A program made the translations under genes and the position numbers. From the NCBI RefSeq assembly GCF_003704095.1, contig NW_020843834.1, positions 620,001 to 684,000 of the forward strand: a stretch of 64,000 bases of DNA, written 5' to 3'. The stretch comes from Pocillopora damicornis (taxonomy: Eukaryota). Below the pieces are notes generated by a model that made no database searches, was not told the DNA's origin, and saw only the letters and a program-made list of their open reading frames with translations. Below are positions 61,301 to 64,000 of the stretch, piece by piece. Numbering within the stretch: position 1 is the first letter of the stretch; every line of letters starts with the position of its first letter.

Positions 61301-63889
61301 TTGAAGAAGTTATGGAAAACATTGAATATTATTTTTCAAAAACCGATGTGTATACTTGATCTCCTTTGTGAAAAATATTTTCTCCGTGTATATAATATTA
61401 TTTGTTCTAATTTGTTGGCTTTCAGCGACAGAGTCATTCGCATCATCCCAGGAGACTCAAATGAGCTTGATTTTCTGTCATCTTTGGAAGGCAAACAGGA
61501 ACTGGAGGTGAGGTAGAAATGGAAATAACTGAACGGAAATTATAGTCAGTTATAGAGAATGTTGTCTTACATTGTGCATGATGTAGAAAATGGGTCAAGA
61601 ATCGAGTCAAATGGACAAAGAAGCCGAATGTAATGCGAATGCAAATAACGACTTAAAAGAGGGAATTAATGAGAAGGCCGAAGAGAGTAGTAATTAGTAA
61701 CTTGTGTGGGAGAAAAAAAATTCCTTGGCCTTATCCTACTGTCATGGCCTCATGATCTTTTGGCTCTGATCTTACTCACCAATTTCAGATTAAAAAAAAC
61801 AGTGTCGAGGGCTGCATAAAAAACCCAGCTCAAAAAAAATATTTCTCGCTATTCATTTCTCTTTGTGCTTTAAAATTTTTACCATAGGCGAGTAAGCTAT
61901 GATAGCAAAAATTAATTTCTATTGCTGATCGTGATGTAGTTTTCTGGCTCCTAAATGGCCTTTCTTGGAAACACAAAAGCCTTCTAAGAAGCATTTCTGG
62001 GTCCACTGTTCTTCTGAGTCTCTCATTCCAACCATAGCAGTTTTGTTGATTAACCTCTGTTTTTTAAATTTTTTGTCAGCTCGATTTCTGGAAGGCTCCT
62101 CATAAGCCTGGTCTGGCTGTGGACATTCACGTGACAGATGCCGCGTACAAGATTCTTGCCAAGTTACTTAAGGAAAAGAACATTGAGTTTCAAATTATGA
62201 TCGTTGACGTCGACAAATTGGTGGACGACGAAAACGAATTGCAAACGCGGAGCATGTCATTCAGCTTTGACAGCCAATATCATCCTTTACAAGAGGTATC
62301 ACGAGTATTTTTTGACCGAAAAAAAGCCGATGAAAGTTCCAAGAAGCTTTTTAATTTATGCTTAAAAAAACGATGCAGTCAGTGATCTTTTTTCTATTTT
62401 TTACGGTTAGATTGTGGATGAGCTGAGAAACCTTGCAAACCAACATGCAGGAATTGCCTCCATTTTCAATTTGGGAAGATCCTATGAAGGGCGTGACCAG
62501 CAGGCAATTAAGGTGAAAAATGGTTGAATAGCTCCAATGGGAGAATGAATAATGAACGTCCTTAAATATAAACGACACAAATATTTTTTGAAGAACAGGA
62601 CAAACCTGTCCTGAGTCGGTTGATTCCAAAATGTTAACATAAAGATCAAGTATGATCTCTTTCAGGAAAATGGTGTACCTAAGTTTTTCTCAGACAAAAA
62701 ATATTTTTCAAAATTTTACCATTGATTCAGTTTTACCGGGAATTTGTATCTGTGGTAGCGACGCTAACCATGTTTTATTTTTTTCCACAAATATATTCAG
62801 GCTATGATCTTCTTTAGCTAAACATGTCGATGTTGGGCTGACAAACAAAACATGACTGTCACTCAAATACCATATGCAAACATTTTATGGACAAAATTTG
62901 ATTCCAGTGACGAAGGCAGCGATAGAACCTTAAACTCACGCAAAATTGGTTCGCATGAATTCACATTCAATAGGTATTTTTTAAGATACCTTAGGTCTTG
63001 ACTTTTGTTTATGCTATTCTTTAACAATTATTCCACGAGTTCCTTTTGGATATGAAATGATAGATAGCCAACGAGGCCCATAGGGCCGAGTTGGCTGTAA
63101 TCATCACTCATTTAACAAGCGCGAGTGAAATAATCGTTTTGAAATTATCAAAAAACTCCCCCGAATAAAATCTTCCCAACTTTGTTTTGTAAGAACAAAC
63201 GGAATGTTACAATGTAAAAAAACACTTTTGGTTTAACTCGTCTTCATGTGTGCACATGGTGTGATAGCTCATAATCCATGGTGGCTAAGCCAATGAAAAC
63301 TCTTGATTGCATTATCCAATGATCCAGTTTTTAACAATCATAATTATTGCAGTTGAAGGGAAGATATAGACCAGGCAAGAAGGTCTTTTTCATGAACTGT
63401 GGGATTCATGCCCGTGAATGGGTATCTCCAGCGACCTGTATGTACATCATCAGACAGGTACGGGCTCCTTTAGTAATTAGGGCCCTTAGACAGTCTAGAC
63501 AACGCTGAGGAAGAAGTCGAATAAAAAAAACGAATTTATATTTTTAATTAGAATTTCGCGAATGGCTAGATGTGTTTACCGTCTCTTATATTAAACCATT
63601 TGTCTCTATCAAAACTGCTTGTTAACGTCTGTGAACAGTTGGTGGCGAGTTTTTTAAGGCCGGTTGGGTGTTTAATAAACAAGCCAAATGTTCTTCAAAA
63701 AGTGTTACCCGAGATAGATACTCGATAGATCTCGTTCAAAGGTCGCTCATTTGGTTTTTGTACTCATATTCTCATTAGATAGTTTCCAAATACGGTAGAG
63801 ACAGCAGTGTGACCGAAATGTTGGACAAGATGGATTTCGTTATTATGCCTGTTCTAAATGTCGATGGCTACGTTTTCACTTGGAATCCA
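58303..63889 (+). CDS. M14A zinc carboxypeptidase A/B-like preproenzyme, 5' part; continues beyond the window
   Basis: Exons 58303-58361 (signal peptide MASKLHFAVFLSLVMTASA), 61426-61507 (DRVIRI), 62080-62295 (LDFWK..VDIHV..QYH), 62411-62512 (GRSYEGR), 63353-63457 (CGIHAREWVSPA, Zn ligands), 63779-63889 (PVLNVDGYVFTW). Confidence 0.9.
60918..61090 (+). mobile_element. Degenerate tRNA-derived SINE
   Basis: GGTGGCTTAATGGTTAACGTGCTGGACTCC head followed by the core CTTGGGCAA..GACACTT..CCTCTCTCCACCCGGGAGTATAAATGGGTAC. Confidence 0.55.
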
Positions 63890-64000
63890 GTTTGTATCCA
63901 TCTTTTTGTCTCTATTTACAACTGAAGCTTCGTTCCTTACTTCATTTAAAATTCACCATCTTTCTCATTCTATAAATCTTTTGTTACCTGAGAGTAACTA

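Noticed and set aside
63890-63905. U12-type donor GTATCC in the carboxypeptidase gene
   Set aside because: It deviates from GTATCCTT. The phase-0 GTTTGT donor after ...FTWNP fits the usual M14A intron position.

Overview
This is eukaryotic (animal) genomic DNA: AT-rich, GT-AG introns, and four 100-N scaffold gaps. The gene content and repeat families look cnidarian, probably a stony coral (inference, not verified). From left to right: (1) the 3' end of a BCAP31/BAP29-family gene (+), then a second, degenerate tandem copy (4205-6143); (2) a STRIP1/FAM40 gene on the minus strand (27542-8244, some exons in gaps) whose 8.3-kb intron holds a complete two-exon Snail gene on the plus strand; (3) a nine-exon 5-aminolevulinate synthase (ALAS, 31817-38071); (4) a 27-bp minisatellite; (5) a tail-to-tail pair of CLN3/battenin-like genes with a 5'-only stub of a third copy between them; (6) a head-to-head pair of intronless class A GPCRs; (7) the 5' part of an M14A carboxypeptidase. 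MITEs, tRNA-derived SINEs, LINE tails and hammerhead-like relics are interspersed. The most unusual signals cluster on the ALAS transcript: a cap-proximal IRE-like hairpin (CAGUGA loop, U bulge, overlapping a Met-Gln-stop micro-uORF); four N-terminal CP heme-regulatory motifs, two on look-alike symmetric exons; a Cys-rich tail; a 3'-UTR array of a conserved TGCCYTTATGCC motif on a roughly 60-75-nt register with mostly unrelated spacers; and two ~132-nt long hairpins with conserved stems. Together these suggest a multilayered post-transcriptional control system for heme synthesis (inference). All exon coordinates were read by eye.
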